Source: Minisyncoccota bacterium (GTDB lineage Bacteria; Patescibacteriota; Minisyncoccia; Minisyncoccales; Minisyncoccaceae). Taken from it: a stretch of DNA of 64,000 nt. Positions 1 to 9,362 of this stretch are shown here, one piece after another (within the stretch, counting starts at the first letter, position 1; each line of letters begins with the position of its first letter). Position numbers and translations under genes: made by a program. The notes beneath the pieces were generated by a model, which saw only the letters and a program-made list of their open reading frames with translations, was not told the origin of the DNA and did not search any database. Location of the stretch: positions 1-64,000 of the forward strand of contig JAQUXE010000002.1 in assembly GCA_028692555.1 (NCBI GenBank), written 5' to 3'.

Positions 1-170
1 ACTACATTAAGAAAAAAGATGTTGAATATGGTGTCGTAGTTACTAAAAACGAAATAAGCAGAAAAGAGGTGCATGGCAGGACTATATATTTTATCCCTTA
101 CTATCTAATATTAATGATGATTTAACTTGATTTTTTCTATAAAACAAGCTATACTAGCCCCATAAAACAT

Positions 171-578
171 ATGTCATTATCAAAAACAAAGAAGACATTT
201 CTTCTATTTATACTATTGTTTTTAGCTGTTTCTCCTGTTTTAGGAGGTGGTCTGGTTCCTGATGATTGTGATGGTTTTGAGAAAGATGGCGTTAGGGCCT
301 GCAATTCTAATGACTTAATAGGAATGGTTGCTACTATTTTTGATTTTATAGCTTTCACAATTGTTCCTCTTGTTGCCATTATTGGTTTCGTAGTAGCCGG
401 AATAATAATGATGACTTCGGGAGGAGATCCAGGAAAGTTTAATCAAGGTAAGTCTGCCATGATTGCAATTGCAGCAGGAATAATAGTTATTTATCTTGCA
501 TGGACACTTGTAAGTCTTTTTATAACAATACTAGGAGGAGAAACATGGATTACAACATTTTTCAAGAACGGTGATTAA
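171..578 (+). CDS. small secreted two-helix membrane protein with VirB2/TrbC-pilin-like core (distant paralog of N-domains of 6868-11783 proteins)
   Basis: Signal peptide, short Cys-containing segment, then two hydrophobic helices separated by loop GGDPGKFNQGKS. Same architecture and loop pattern (G-D/N...AK/GK) as the three larger minus-strand proteins. Confidence 0.4.
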   Translation: MSLSKTKKTFLLFILLFLAVSPVLGGGLVPDDCDGFEKDGVRACNSNDLIGMVATIFDFIAFTIVPLVAIIGFVVAGIIMMTSGGDPGKFNQGKSAMIAIAAGIIVIYLAWTLVSLFITILGGETWITTFFKNGD

Positions 579-584
579 AAAATT

Positions 585-657
585 GCCCCGTTAGCTCAGT
601 TGGCAGAGCAGGAAGCTCTTAACTTCAAGGTCGGGGGTTCAAGTCCCTCACGGGGCA
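585..657 (+). tRNA. tRNA-Lys (anticodon CTT)
   Basis: Cloverleaf readable by eye: acceptor GCCCCGT/ACGGGGC, D-arm GCTC-AGTTGGCA-GAGC, anticodon loop CTCTTAA (U33, CUU, A37), T-arm GGGGG-TTCAAGT-CCCTC. No encoded CCA. Confidence 0.75.
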
Positions 658-683
658 CTTCAAAATAATAAAGAATAAAAAAT

Positions 684-950
684 ATGTTAACAACAAAACA
701 AAAAACAAAAATAGTTGATGAATTTAAAGTCAACGAAAAAGATACTGGTTCAGCAGAAGTCCAAGTTGCATTACTTTCTGAAGAAATAGATAAATTACTG
801 AAACATCTCCAGAAGCACAAGAAAGATGTAAGTTCTAGAAGAGGTCTTCTAAAAATGGTAAGCAGTAGAAGGAAGCTTCTAAAGTTCCTAAAAAGAACAA
901 ACGAAGAATCTTACAAAGAAGTAATTAAAAAAGTAGGACTAGAGAAATAA
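684..950 (+). CDS. rpsO: 30S ribosomal protein S15
   Basis: 88 aa. Conserved S15 motifs (TGSAEVQVALL..., SRRGLLKMVSSRRKLLKFL). Classical rpsO-pnp synteny. Confidence 0.9.
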   Translation: MLTTKQKTKIVDEFKVNEKDTGSAEVQVALLSEEIDKLLKHLQKHKKDVSSRRGLLKMVSSRRKLLKFLKRTNEESYKEVIKKVGLEK

Positions 951-952
951 AA

Positions 953-3067
953 ATGAAAACAGAAACATTTAAACTAAATATTGATAATAAAATATTAGAA
1001 GTAGAGTTCAACAATCTTGCTGAAAGAACCAATAGTTCTGCTTTCGTTAAAATGGGGAATACTGTCGTTATGGCAACTGTTGTAATGAGCAATAAAGAAA
1101 TCGAGGAGATCGATTTTTTTCCTTTAACTGTGGCATATGAAGAGAGATTCTATGCTGTTGGAAAAATATTGGGCTCAAGATTTACAAAAAGAGAAGGTAG
1201 ACCATCCGAACAATCTATTTTAACTTCAAGATTAATTGATAGAGCTGTGAGACCACTGTTTCCTAAAAACTTTAGAAGAGAAGTCCAAGTAATAATTACT
1301 TGTCTTTCTTGGGATAAAGAAACTGACTTAGCTTCTTTAGGAATGATAGCTGCTTCTATTGTCCTACATTCGTCTGACATTCCATGGGACGGACCAATCG
1401 CCCCGGTAAGAATTGGATCTGTAGAAGGAGAGCTAAAAGTTTTTCCGACATTTAATGAAAGAGAAACAGGAGATATGGACTTACTACTAGCTGGACTAAA
1501 ATCAGAATCAAAAAAAGAAATCTTAATTAATATGATTGAAGCAGGAATGAATGAGATTCCAGAAGAGACAATATTAAAGGGATTAGAATTATCTAAAAAA
1601 TATCACCAAGACATTATTGATTTTCAAGATGATATTAGAAGTAAGATTGGAAAAGAAAAAGTAAAAGTATTATTGCCACAATCAAATGAGGAAATTGAAG
1701 CAGTCGTCAAAGAAGTTGTTAATAGCAGAATAGAAAACACTCTTAAGAAAGACCCAACAGATGATATGCCTCAAATTAGAGATGACCTTGCCTTGAAATT
1801 AAAAGATCTTGAAGATCCTAATGCTCTTCGCTATGGCTTTTCATTCTTTGAAAATTATTCTGAAGGAATAATTCATAAATATGCAATTGAAAAAGGACTT
1901 CGTTTTAATGGAAGGGGGGTAGAAGAAATTAGAGATATTTTTTGCGATGTTTCTAAAATACCAATGGTTCATGGAACAGGATTATTCTCAAGAGGGGAAA
2001 CAAGAGTTCTTTCCTTTCTAACACTTGGCTCTCCAGGAGACCAAAAGCTTTTTGATGAAATGGAAAGACAAGAAAAGAAAAGATTCATGCATCACTATAA
2101 TTTCCCGCCTTCTTGCGTTGGCGAGACTGGACCATTAAGAGGCCCGGGAAGAAGGGAGATTGGTCATGGAATGTTAGGAGAAAAAGCATTAAAGCCCGTG
2201 ATACCAAATGCTGAAACTTTCCCTTACACAATTAGGCTTGTTTCCGAAGTATTGTGTTCAAATGGTTCATCATCAATGGCTTCTACCTGTGCAGCTTGTC
2301 TAGCTCTAATGGATGGAGGCGTTCCAATCAAAGCACCTGTTTCTGGAATAGCAATGGGGCTAATGATGGAAATGAATGATAATAAAAGTACTGAGGATAA
2401 ATCATATGTTGTTTTAACAGATGTTCAAGGAGAAGAAGACCATTATGGTGATATGGACTTTAAAGCAGCTGGAACAGAAAAAGGAATCACTGCTCTTCAA
2501 ATGGACATTAAGGTGAGAGGAATTACTAGAGAAATAATAGCAACTACTTTATCTCAATCAAAAAAAGCACGACTAGAAATACTTCAGAAAATGAAAGAAG
2601 CAATTAGCGAACCAAGGAAAGAGCTTTCTCCTAATGCTCCAAGAATATATGTGCTTAAAATTAAGCCAGAACAAATTGGAGAAGTAATTGGAAGCGGAGG
2701 AAAAACAATAAATGAAATTATTGACACTTGCAATGTTTCAATCGACATCGAAGAAACAGGAGAGGTCTTTGTTACTGCTGAGAATGAAGAATCGGCACAA
2801 AAGGCAGTTGAATGGATTAAGAACATTACAAGAGAAGTTGTTGTTGGAGAGATGTTCCAAGGACTAATTAAAAGAGTTCTTGATTTTGGTGCTTTTGCTG
2901 AAATACTTCCAGGACAAGAGGGGATGATTCACATATCTCAACTATCAGAAAAGCGAGTAGAAAAAGTAAGTGACGTTGTAAAAGTTGGAGATATTGTTCC
3001 TGTAAAAGTAATCTTTATTGACGAACAGGGTAGAATTAATCTATCATTAAAGGAAGCTAAGAAATAA
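953..3067 (+). CDS. pnp: polynucleotide phosphorylase (two RNase PH domains, KH, S1)
   Basis: 704 aa. RNase PH core motifs, C-terminal KH (GSGGKTINEI) and S1 (GMIHISQLS...VKV) domains. Located immediately after rpsO. Confidence 0.95.
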   Translation: MKTETFKLNIDNKILEVEFNNLAERTNSSAFVKMGNTVVMATVVMSNKEIEEIDFFPLTVAYEERFYAVGKILGSRFTKREGRPSEQSILTSRLIDRAVRPLFPKNFRREVQVIITCLSWDKETDLASLGMIAASIVLHSSDIPWDGPIAPVRIGSVEGELKVFPTFNERETGDMDLLLAGLKSESKKEILINMIEAGMNEIPEETILKGLELSKKYHQDIIDFQDDIRSKIGKEKVKVLLPQSNEEIEAVVKEVVNSRIENTLKKDPTDDMPQIRDDLALKLKDLEDPNALRYGFSFFENYSEGIIHKYAIEKGLRFNGRGVEEIRDIFCDVSKIPMVHGTGLFSRGETRVLSFLTLGSPGDQKLFDEMERQEKKRFMHHYNFPPSCVGETGPLRGPGRREIGHGMLGEKALKPVIPNAETFPYTIRLVSEVLCSNGSSSMASTCAACLALMDGGVPIKAPVSGIAMGLMMEMNDNKSTEDKSYVVLTDVQGEEDHYGDMDFKAAGTEKGITALQMDIKVRGITREIIATTLSQSKKARLEILQKMKEAISEPRKELSPNAPRIYVLKIKPEQIGEVIGSGGKTINEIIDTCNVSIDIEETGEVFVTAENEESAQKAVEWIKNITREVVVGEMFQGLIKRVLDFGAFAEILPGQEGMIHISQLSEKRVEKVSDVVKVGDIVPVKVIFIDEQGRINLSLKEAKK

Positions 3068-3086
3068 TTATTAATTAACTTCAAAA

Positions 3087-4487
3087 ATGGAAGAACAAAT
3101 TTTAGACCCTAAGAAAATTAAGACAATGAGCAAAGACCTTAAAGAAGCAGCTGGAGAAATGGTCTACCCAAGAGAAGATAATTTTACTAACTTATCTTCT
3201 TTGCCTAATAACAAGATTGATGAAGTCGAAGAAGAAACACTTGAAATACCACTACCAGAAATAGAAGAAACAGAAGGACTAACAATTAATGATTCAGAAG
3301 AAGATAAGGGAGAGGAGAAAGAAGACTTACCAATAGAAGAAGTTGCTACTACTGAAGAAGCAAGCCTTCCGATTGAAGAAAACATAGAAATAGAAGATTC
3401 AGGAATAGAAGTAATTGTACCGCCAACAGAAGAGACTCCTATTAATAAGGAAGAAGAAATTACTATTAATGAAGTAGTCTCTGAGGAAATAGAATTAACT
3501 ACCGAGGAAGAGGAAGAAAAGTTGCCTAGTGCAGTTGAATTAGGATTAGAGGACCCCGAAGAAGGAGAGATTGTAATAAAGCGTGAAGAAAAGAAAGAGG
3601 AAATGAGCGAAGAGGAACTTCAAAAAATAAAAGAAGCCAATGAAGAAGAGAAAACACTAAAGACAATAGCTGAAAAGGTTCTTGAATTAGAAGATGTTTT
3701 GAAATCAGTTGAAGAAGAAAAAGAGCCTTTCAATAATAGAAAGGAAGAAATATATAATGAGATAGACAACACAAAGAAAAAGATTGGAATGCTTCTAGAA
3801 AAGAAAAATATTATTGATAGTGACAAAAAAGCTATCGAAGAAAGAGAGGCAATAGCAGAAACAACAGGAGAAAAAAGGTCTGTTGAAAAAGAAAGATGGA
3901 GAATAGAAGAAGAAAGAACAAATATTGAAAAAGAAATATTTGAAAAAGAAGATCGAATAAAGTCCCTTGAACTACAATCAAAAGAATGTTCTCTTAACGC
4001 TGATAAGGTTAATGTTAGGGAAAAAAATATTACTCAAGAAATTAATATCCTAAAAAGACAAAAGGAAATAATTATCCTAACAAGATCAAAGAAAGAATTA
4101 AGCATAGATCTTAAGCCCTTAGAAGATAGAATGGAAGATATTAAAAGAGAGATGTTTGAGAACACAAAACAACAAGACAAAGCAGAAAGAAACCTAACCT
4201 CAATTAAGGCAAATGAAGAATCAATTGAAGAGGAGATAAAGATACTAGAGAAAAGACAATCTGAGACAAAAGATGAGAATGATTTGAGAAAGATCGCAGA
4301 GAAAAGAATTGCCCTAGAAGAGAGAAGAAGGGGACTTGAAAAGGAGAGATGGGACACAGAAGACATTCTTGACAATCTTGACTTTAACAGAAAGACAATT
4401 AAAGAAAAGTATCGAGACGTTGCTTCTCAAGCAAAACAAATTAAAACTCAGATTTTCGAGATAGAAGATAAGATTAATAAACCTTAA
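3087..4487 (+). CDS. hypothetical highly acidic coiled-coil protein
   Basis: 466 aa. N-terminal Glu/Ile-rich low-complexity region, then Lys/Glu heptad-like repeats with recurring EKERW(R/D)xE motif. No enzymatic motif recognised. Confidence 0.5.
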   Translation: MEEQILDPKKIKTMSKDLKEAAGEMVYPREDNFTNLSSLPNNKIDEVEEETLEIPLPEIEETEGLTINDSEEDKGEEKEDLPIEEVATTEEASLPIEENIEIEDSGIEVIVPPTEETPINKEEEITINEVVSEEIELTTEEEEEKLPSAVELGLEDPEEGEIVIKREEKKEEMSEEELQKIKEANEEEKTLKTIAEKVLELEDVLKSVEEEKEPFNNRKEEIYNEIDNTKKKIGMLLEKKNIIDSDKKAIEEREAIAETTGEKRSVEKERWRIEEERTNIEKEIFEKEDRIKSLELQSKECSLNADKVNVREKNITQEINILKRQKEIIILTRSKKELSIDLKPLEDRMEDIKREMFENTKQQDKAERNLTSIKANEESIEEEIKILEKRQSETKDENDLRKIAEKRIALEERRRGLEKERWDTEDILDNLDFNRKTIKEKYRDVASQAKQIKTQIFEIEDKINKP

Positions 4488-4577
4488 TGCCAAAACCAAC
4501 AACTATTTCTAAGATAATGATTAGAGCAATAATCATATTAATCATAGTTTTTATTGTTCTTTTGGTAATAAAATAAT

Positions 4578-4946
4578 ATGACACCAGAATTCATAAAACA
4601 AAGAAAAGAAGACTTATTAAACAGAAAAGAAGAGCTTGAAAAAGAGCTTAATGAATTTGCTGTTAGAACAAGCAAAGACAATTGGGAAACAAAATATCCT
4701 CAAATGGATGGCGTTGAAGAAGAAAAAACAGACGAAGTAGAAGAGTATGAGAATCTTCTTCCCATAGAAAGATCATTAGAAGAAAAACTAAAAAATATTA
4801 ATGTTGCATTAGAGAATATTGAAAGGGGAGAGTATGGCAAGTGTAGTTGTGGAGAGTTAATATCTGAAGAACGCTTAACTGTTCTTCCTGAGGCAAGAAC
4901 TTGTGACGTGTGCAAATGCAAGGACAGTGAGTGTATTAGTAACTAA
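4578..4946 (+). CDS. DksA/TraR-family C4 zinc-finger protein
   Basis: 122 aa. Coiled-coil N-terminus, C-terminal CSCGELI...CDVCKC four-Cys finger typical of DksA/TraR. Confidence 0.6.
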   Translation: MTPEFIKQRKEDLLNRKEELEKELNEFAVRTSKDNWETKYPQMDGVEEEKTDEVEEYENLLPIERSLEEKLKNINVALENIERGEYGKCSCGELISEERLTVLPEARTCDVCKCKDSECISN

Positions 4947-6036
4947 CGGATACTCCTAAAGAATAATTCCTTAAAGGATTCTGTGTTCCTCTTGTTTCAA
5001 AGTGTAAATGAGAACCATTTCCACCCATATTAATAGTTCTTCCTGTATTGCCCATATATCCGATGATTTGACCTTGTAAAACGCTAGATCCAGGAGTTAT
5101 TCCTCTTGCAAAAGCGCTAAGATGTGCGTACAGAGTAACTACGCCGTTTGGATGAAGAATTGTAATATAGTTTCCATAAGGCCAAACATTCTTAACAATT
5201 TGAACTGTTCCTCCAGCTGCTGCTACTATTGGCGTTCCAATAGAGTTAGCAATATCAACTGCCGTATAATATGCTACCCCAGCACTAGTATACGCATAGT
5301 GAGATCTTTGAGTAATAATTCCTTTTGTAGGAACTATAAAGTAAGAATTTGAAACACTTGTATTAGTTTGTGTTGTTGCAATAGTAGGAGCAATTTGCCT
5401 TGGCATTACACCATTAGGAATAACGATAATATCTCCTATATATATACTTCCATCAGAAGAAAGTTTATTATAGCTAATAATCTCATCTTTCTTGGCAGAA
5501 TAATTCTTAGCTAGAGCATCGATACTTTCCCCCTTATCTACCATGTGAAGAATGCCATTAATTGGTAAAATTAAAAGCTCTTGGCCAGGATAAATCTTAG
5601 AGTTATTAAGATCATTAGCCAAGAGTATTGTTGTCACAGATATATTGTATTTTTCAGAAATAACAGATAACGTTTCTCCTTCTAGAACAGTATGTTTAAT
5701 GATATACTTCTCTTCATTGAACTCCTCCATAGACAAAGAAGCCATTGTTTCAGAGGTAATGAACAGAGGAGAAGATATTGCCCCTAGAATATTCTCTTGT
5801 TGAATAACCAAACTACTGATAATGGGTTGAAAAGCATCCTGAACACTGATAAAATGACCATGTGAGCTTGTGGCTACTGCTGGACTAGCTGTATCAGCTT
5901 GTCCTGTTGAAAAAGTAGCCCAAAGACACAAGAGAACAAAAAAAGACCAAAATAACTTCTTTTTGCCTATCTTATTGAATAATTTACTAATTTTATCTTT
6001 TGTAAGAATAATTCGTGCTACAAGGTTTCTGTTCAA
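4936..6036 (-). CDS. LysM-domain M23 family peptidoglycan metalloendopeptidase
   Basis: N-terminal membrane anchor, two LysM-like segments (YIIKHTVLEGETLSVISEKYNISV; VDKGESIDALAKNYSAKKDEIISYN), C-terminal M23 motifs incl. HLHFETR. Confidence 0.8.
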   Translation of the reverse strand: MNRNLVARIILTKDKISKLFNKIGKKKLFWSFFVLLCLWATFSTGQADTASPAVATSSHGHFISVQDAFQPIISSLVIQQENILGAISSPLFITSETMASLSMEEFNEEKYIIKHTVLEGETLSVISEKYNISVTTILLANDLNNSKIYPGQELLILPINGILHMVDKGESIDALAKNYSAKKDEIISYNKLSSDGSIYIGDIIVIPNGVMPRQIAPTIATTQTNTSVSNSYFIVPTKGIITQRSHYAYTSAGVAYYTAVDIANSIGTPIVAAAGGTVQIVKNVWPYGNYITILHPNGVVTLYAHLSAFARGITPGSSVLQGQIIGYMGNTGRTINMGGNGSHLHFETRGTQNPLRNYSLGVSVSY

Positions 6037-6110
6037 AATCTTGTAGATTAATAGTTATCAAAATCCAGCGTATTTATCTGAATACTATAATTCTACCCTT
6101 ATAACAATAT

Positions 6111-6890
6111 ATGTCAAGAAACTTTTCCACACCAAAAAAAGAAGATGTTTTCCTTAAAAAAGGCCTTGGTCAAAACCTTTTGACTGATAAAAACATAATT
6201 AATAAAATAATTAATAACATTGATATTAATAAAGATGATGTTGTTTTAGAAATTGGTCCAGGACTAGGAGCAATCACTATTGAATTATCTAAAAAAGCTA
6301 AAAAAGTAATTTGCGTTGAAAAAGATAAGGAGATGATTGAGAAACTAAAAGAGAAAGTAGGGGACAATGTAGAAATAATTAATGCAGATGCTCTTGAATT
6401 CATCAAAGACATTGATCTTAAAGAATACAAGGTTGTTGCAAACATTCCATACTATATTACTTCTTCAATAATTAAGGGCCTACTAGAAAGCACCAATCAG
6501 CCAAGCGATATTTATTTAATGATACAAAAAGAAGTAGGGCGCAGAATATGCTCTAAGCCAGGAGATATGTCTGTCTTAGCAATATCAGTCCAATATTATG
6601 CAACTCCTAAAGTTCTCTTTAATGTTTCTAAGAATTCCTTTTATCCCGCCCCCAAGGTAGATAGCGCTTTTATCCAAATTAAGCCCAATGGGATAAAAAA
6701 GAATGATGACTTTTTTAAATTAATTAAAAAAGGCTTTTTTCATCCAAGAAAAAAGCTTGCTAATAATTTAGAAGCTAGAGAGTTCGTAGAAAATTGGCTC
6801 AAAGAGAATAAATTGAAAGCAGGGGAGAGAGCAGAAAACTTAAGTGTTGAACAATGGAAAGACCTTTTTAATCTAATGAAAAGACCATAA
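6111..6890 (+). CDS. rsmA: 16S rRNA (adenine1518/1519-N6)-dimethyltransferase
   Basis: 259 aa. KsgA N-terminus LGQNLLTD, SAM motif LEIGPGLGAIT, NIPY motif. Confidence 0.85.
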   Translation: MSRNFSTPKKEDVFLKKGLGQNLLTDKNIINKIINNIDINKDDVVLEIGPGLGAITIELSKKAKKVICVEKDKEMIEKLKEKVGDNVEIINADALEFIKDIDLKEYKVVANIPYYITSSIIKGLLESTNQPSDIYLMIQKEVGRRICSKPGDMSVLAISVQYYATPKVLFNVSKNSFYPAPKVDSAFIQIKPNGIKKNDDFFKLIKKGFFHPRKKLANNLEAREFVENWLKENKLKAGERAENLSVEQWKDLFNLMKRP

Positions 6891-8025
6891 TTTCCTTAGG
6901 TGAAAAAAAAGAATCCATTTTTCCATCAATCACCCTATAGAAAGGACCATATTTTATCATATTAATACAAGTAGTATTTTTTGAATCAATATATTGACAA
7001 GATTCTTCTGCCTCATCTTCACCATCAATTAATCTCCCTCTCAAGAGTATCCCTGTTCTTTTTGAAACACCAATGGACAAAATGTCTCCTTCAAACCCAC
7101 CATCTTCTGATTGACAATCTTCTTCCAACAACTCGCTGATTGACTTAAACTCATTAATATTAAAACTGCAAGAATACTCTTCTGGCAAAGGACAAGGATT
7201 CGGCTCTTCCCATTCATCATCGTGATCGTCTATTTCTCTGCAATATTTATCAACCTTAGGCTCGCAATTATAATTATTATATATTGTAATTTCACCCCCT
7301 GTTTTGCCTGCGAGGACAACTAGTGAAGCTAAAGTATCTTGACCTATTGGAGGGTCATTTTGGTCGCCCAAAGCATTGTCTAGATTGGAAATGCTTCCTG
7401 TAATGTATGAGCATTTTCCTCTGAATTCTGTTCCTGTAATAACCTTGCCCTCATCAGCTTCTCTATCTGCAAAAAGTATTGCTCCTAAAGTCATATTATC
7501 TGGTTGGTTAATTTTAATTGAAGAAGTTTTTCTGTAAAAGCTATCACTAATTAAACTGGCCTTTGAGATTTTAATATTTAGAGGATCTTCTTCTGTTTCA
7601 TAATTAACTTCGCTGTACAAAAAAATACCCTTTCCTTCAGGAATAACAATGTCTATCGGTTCATAGTCACTACCTATATCATCAATATTAACATTCATTA
7701 TTGCTGGGTTAATAGTATTGATTATAATATAAGATGTAAATAAAACAGCAAGGCCAGTAAAAACTGCTGCTATTTTTCTCTTTGCTGAATTAATAACTTT
7801 TGCATCACCATAAGCAGAAACCCACTCTAATCCAGCTATAATTAAAAGCACTACACCCAAGAAAGATCCTATCGCTGTTATTATATAAAAAAGATAGGTA
7901 ATAAACTGTGATGCTGTTGTATCAGGATCATTAATATTAATTCCGCCAATAATAGGATAATCAGCTAATATTATATTAGGAAAAATCAAGAATCCTATTA
8001 AAATTAAAAATATTATTTTCTTCAT
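6868..8025 (-). CDS. surface protein: VirB2/TrbC-pilin-like N-domain fused to Cys-containing ectodomain (paralog 1)
   Basis: Signal peptide, then two hydrophobic helices flanking loop EWVSAYGDAKVINSAKRKI and INTINP. C-terminal ~250 aa acidic region with paired Cys. Overlaps next gene by 1 nt. Confidence 0.55.
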   Translation of the reverse strand: MKKIIFLILIGFLIFPNIILADYPIIGGININDPDTTASQFITYLFYIITAIGSFLGVVLLIIAGLEWVSAYGDAKVINSAKRKIAAVFTGLAVLFTSYIIINTINPAIMNVNIDDIGSDYEPIDIVIPEGKGIFLYSEVNYETEEDPLNIKISKASLISDSFYRKTSSIKINQPDNMTLGAILFADREADEGKVITGTEFRGKCSYITGSISNLDNALGDQNDPPIGQDTLASLVVLAGKTGGEITIYNNYNCEPKVDKYCREIDDHDDEWEEPNPCPLPEEYSCSFNINEFKSISELLEEDCQSEDGGFEGDILSIGVSKRTGILLRGRLIDGEDEAEESCQYIDSKNTTCINMIKYGPFYRVIDGKMDSFFSPKEIMVFSLD

Positions 8026-9353
8026 CAGTCAGCAGAAATAATTATAAATGATTGCGGTTTTACTCCCCATGTTTCATAAACAGAAGTTCCACTAATATCA
8101 GCGTAACATGTTCCTCCCTCAAGTAACGAGGAGTCAAAATATTTACAATTCGTGCCTATGCCTGCCTCACCTTGCTTAGAAGTGCTTAATACTAGCCCCG
8201 CATTTCCTAAAATCTCAAAAGATAAAATTGCATCGCCTTCGTCCCAACCAGAACAATTATCAAGAATATTGATATGCCTTGTTGTTGAGCTAATATTAAC
8301 CCTACATTCTTTAATTTCTGTTGAACCAATTGTTGGCAAGGATATCGCCCCTGGTTGTTTTCTTCCACAATTTTTAGTTGTATAAAAAATAACTTGACCT
8401 CTGTCTATTGTAACTCCCGGAGTTGAAACTTCTTTTTTTACAACCAAAGAAGAAATTCTATTATTTCCTATACTCTCACTGTATTGCCACTGGTCCTTCG
8501 CACTTGAGTTTAAATTGTCTATTGACTCTCCAACTAGGGAACAAAATCCTTCATGGTTCGGATTTGCAAAAACAACTGCTCGGTATTTTTCCATTCCTCC
8601 TTGAATAATTTCTATTGACTGAGTTTTATTATTAAAATTAGAAGAAATTAAATTGGAAATACTAGTAGCGGTATAGATAGGGTAGGGAGAACTACCAAGA
8701 TTATAATTTACACTGTCATATAAATAAACTCCTTGATAGTGCCTTAAAAAATATATTGATTTAGCTCCTGAAATATCACCTGAAATATTACCAGAAACAT
8801 CCATTTTAAATGTTCTTCTTGCTCCTGTATAATTTTCACCCTCATAGACAAAAGCTTTTAAAATTGTTCCAGATGGAAAATTCCATTTGCTCTCATTTAT
8901 TGTTTTAACAATATCATATTCTATTTTTACTGTATTGCTATCTAAGCATCTTTGAAGCTCTGGCCCATCATCTTCTAACTTAACACCAACAATAATTCCA
9001 CTTTCGCATCGCAAATCATCTATTTGTATATTAGCAATTTGAGGATTAATGGTGTTAATAATTAAATAACTTCCCAAAAGAACTCCAACGCCCAATAGTG
9101 CATTTTTTATTTTTGTTTTTGCTCCATCAATTTTTCCTGGATTTCCATCAGAGGTCATCCACTCTACTCCCGCCATAACAACCATTGCTACGGCTATTAA
9201 TGCTCCCAAACCAACAAGAATTTGAAATATGTATGATATTATTTCTTCTGGCGTAGTTTCGTCGGTGATAATAAACTCTCCGATTTGAACATCGGCAAAA
9301 ACAGGCGTGGAGATTATTAGTAGTAGAAATATTAAAGATAGTATTTTTTTCAT
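8025..9353 (-). CDS. surface protein: VirB2/TrbC-pilin-like N-domain fused to Cys-containing ectodomain (paralog 2)
   Basis: Signal peptide; helix-loop-helix EWMTSDGNPGKIDGAKTKIKN...INTINP nearly identical in pattern to 6868-8025. Divergent C-terminal domain. Confidence 0.55.
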   Translation of the reverse strand: MKKILSLIFLLLIISTPVFADVQIGEFIITDETTPEEIISYIFQILVGLGALIAVAMVVMAGVEWMTSDGNPGKIDGAKTKIKNALLGVGVLLGSYLIINTINPQIANIQIDDLRCESGIIVGVKLEDDGPELQRCLDSNTVKIEYDIVKTINESKWNFPSGTILKAFVYEGENYTGARRTFKMDVSGNISGDISGAKSIYFLRHYQGVYLYDSVNYNLGSSPYPIYTATSISNLISSNFNNKTQSIEIIQGGMEKYRAVVFANPNHEGFCSLVGESIDNLNSSAKDQWQYSESIGNNRISSLVVKKEVSTPGVTIDRGQVIFYTTKNCGRKQPGAISLPTIGSTEIKECRVNISSTTRHINILDNCSGWDEGDAILSFEILGNAGLVLSTSKQGEAGIGTNCKYFDSSLLEGGTCYADISGTSVYETWGVKPQSFIIISAD

Positions 9354-9362
9354 ATTTATATA

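Noticed and set aside
596-820. 74-aa minus-strand ORF
   Set aside because: Lies antisense across the tRNA-Lys gene and the 5' end of rpsO; no coding features; spurious.
3164-4502. Several Ser/Leu-rich minus-strand ORFs (3164-3385, 3620-3826, 4034-4375, 4314-4502)
   Set aside because: All antisense to the GAA/AAG-rich acidic protein gene 3087-4487; typical mirror artefacts.
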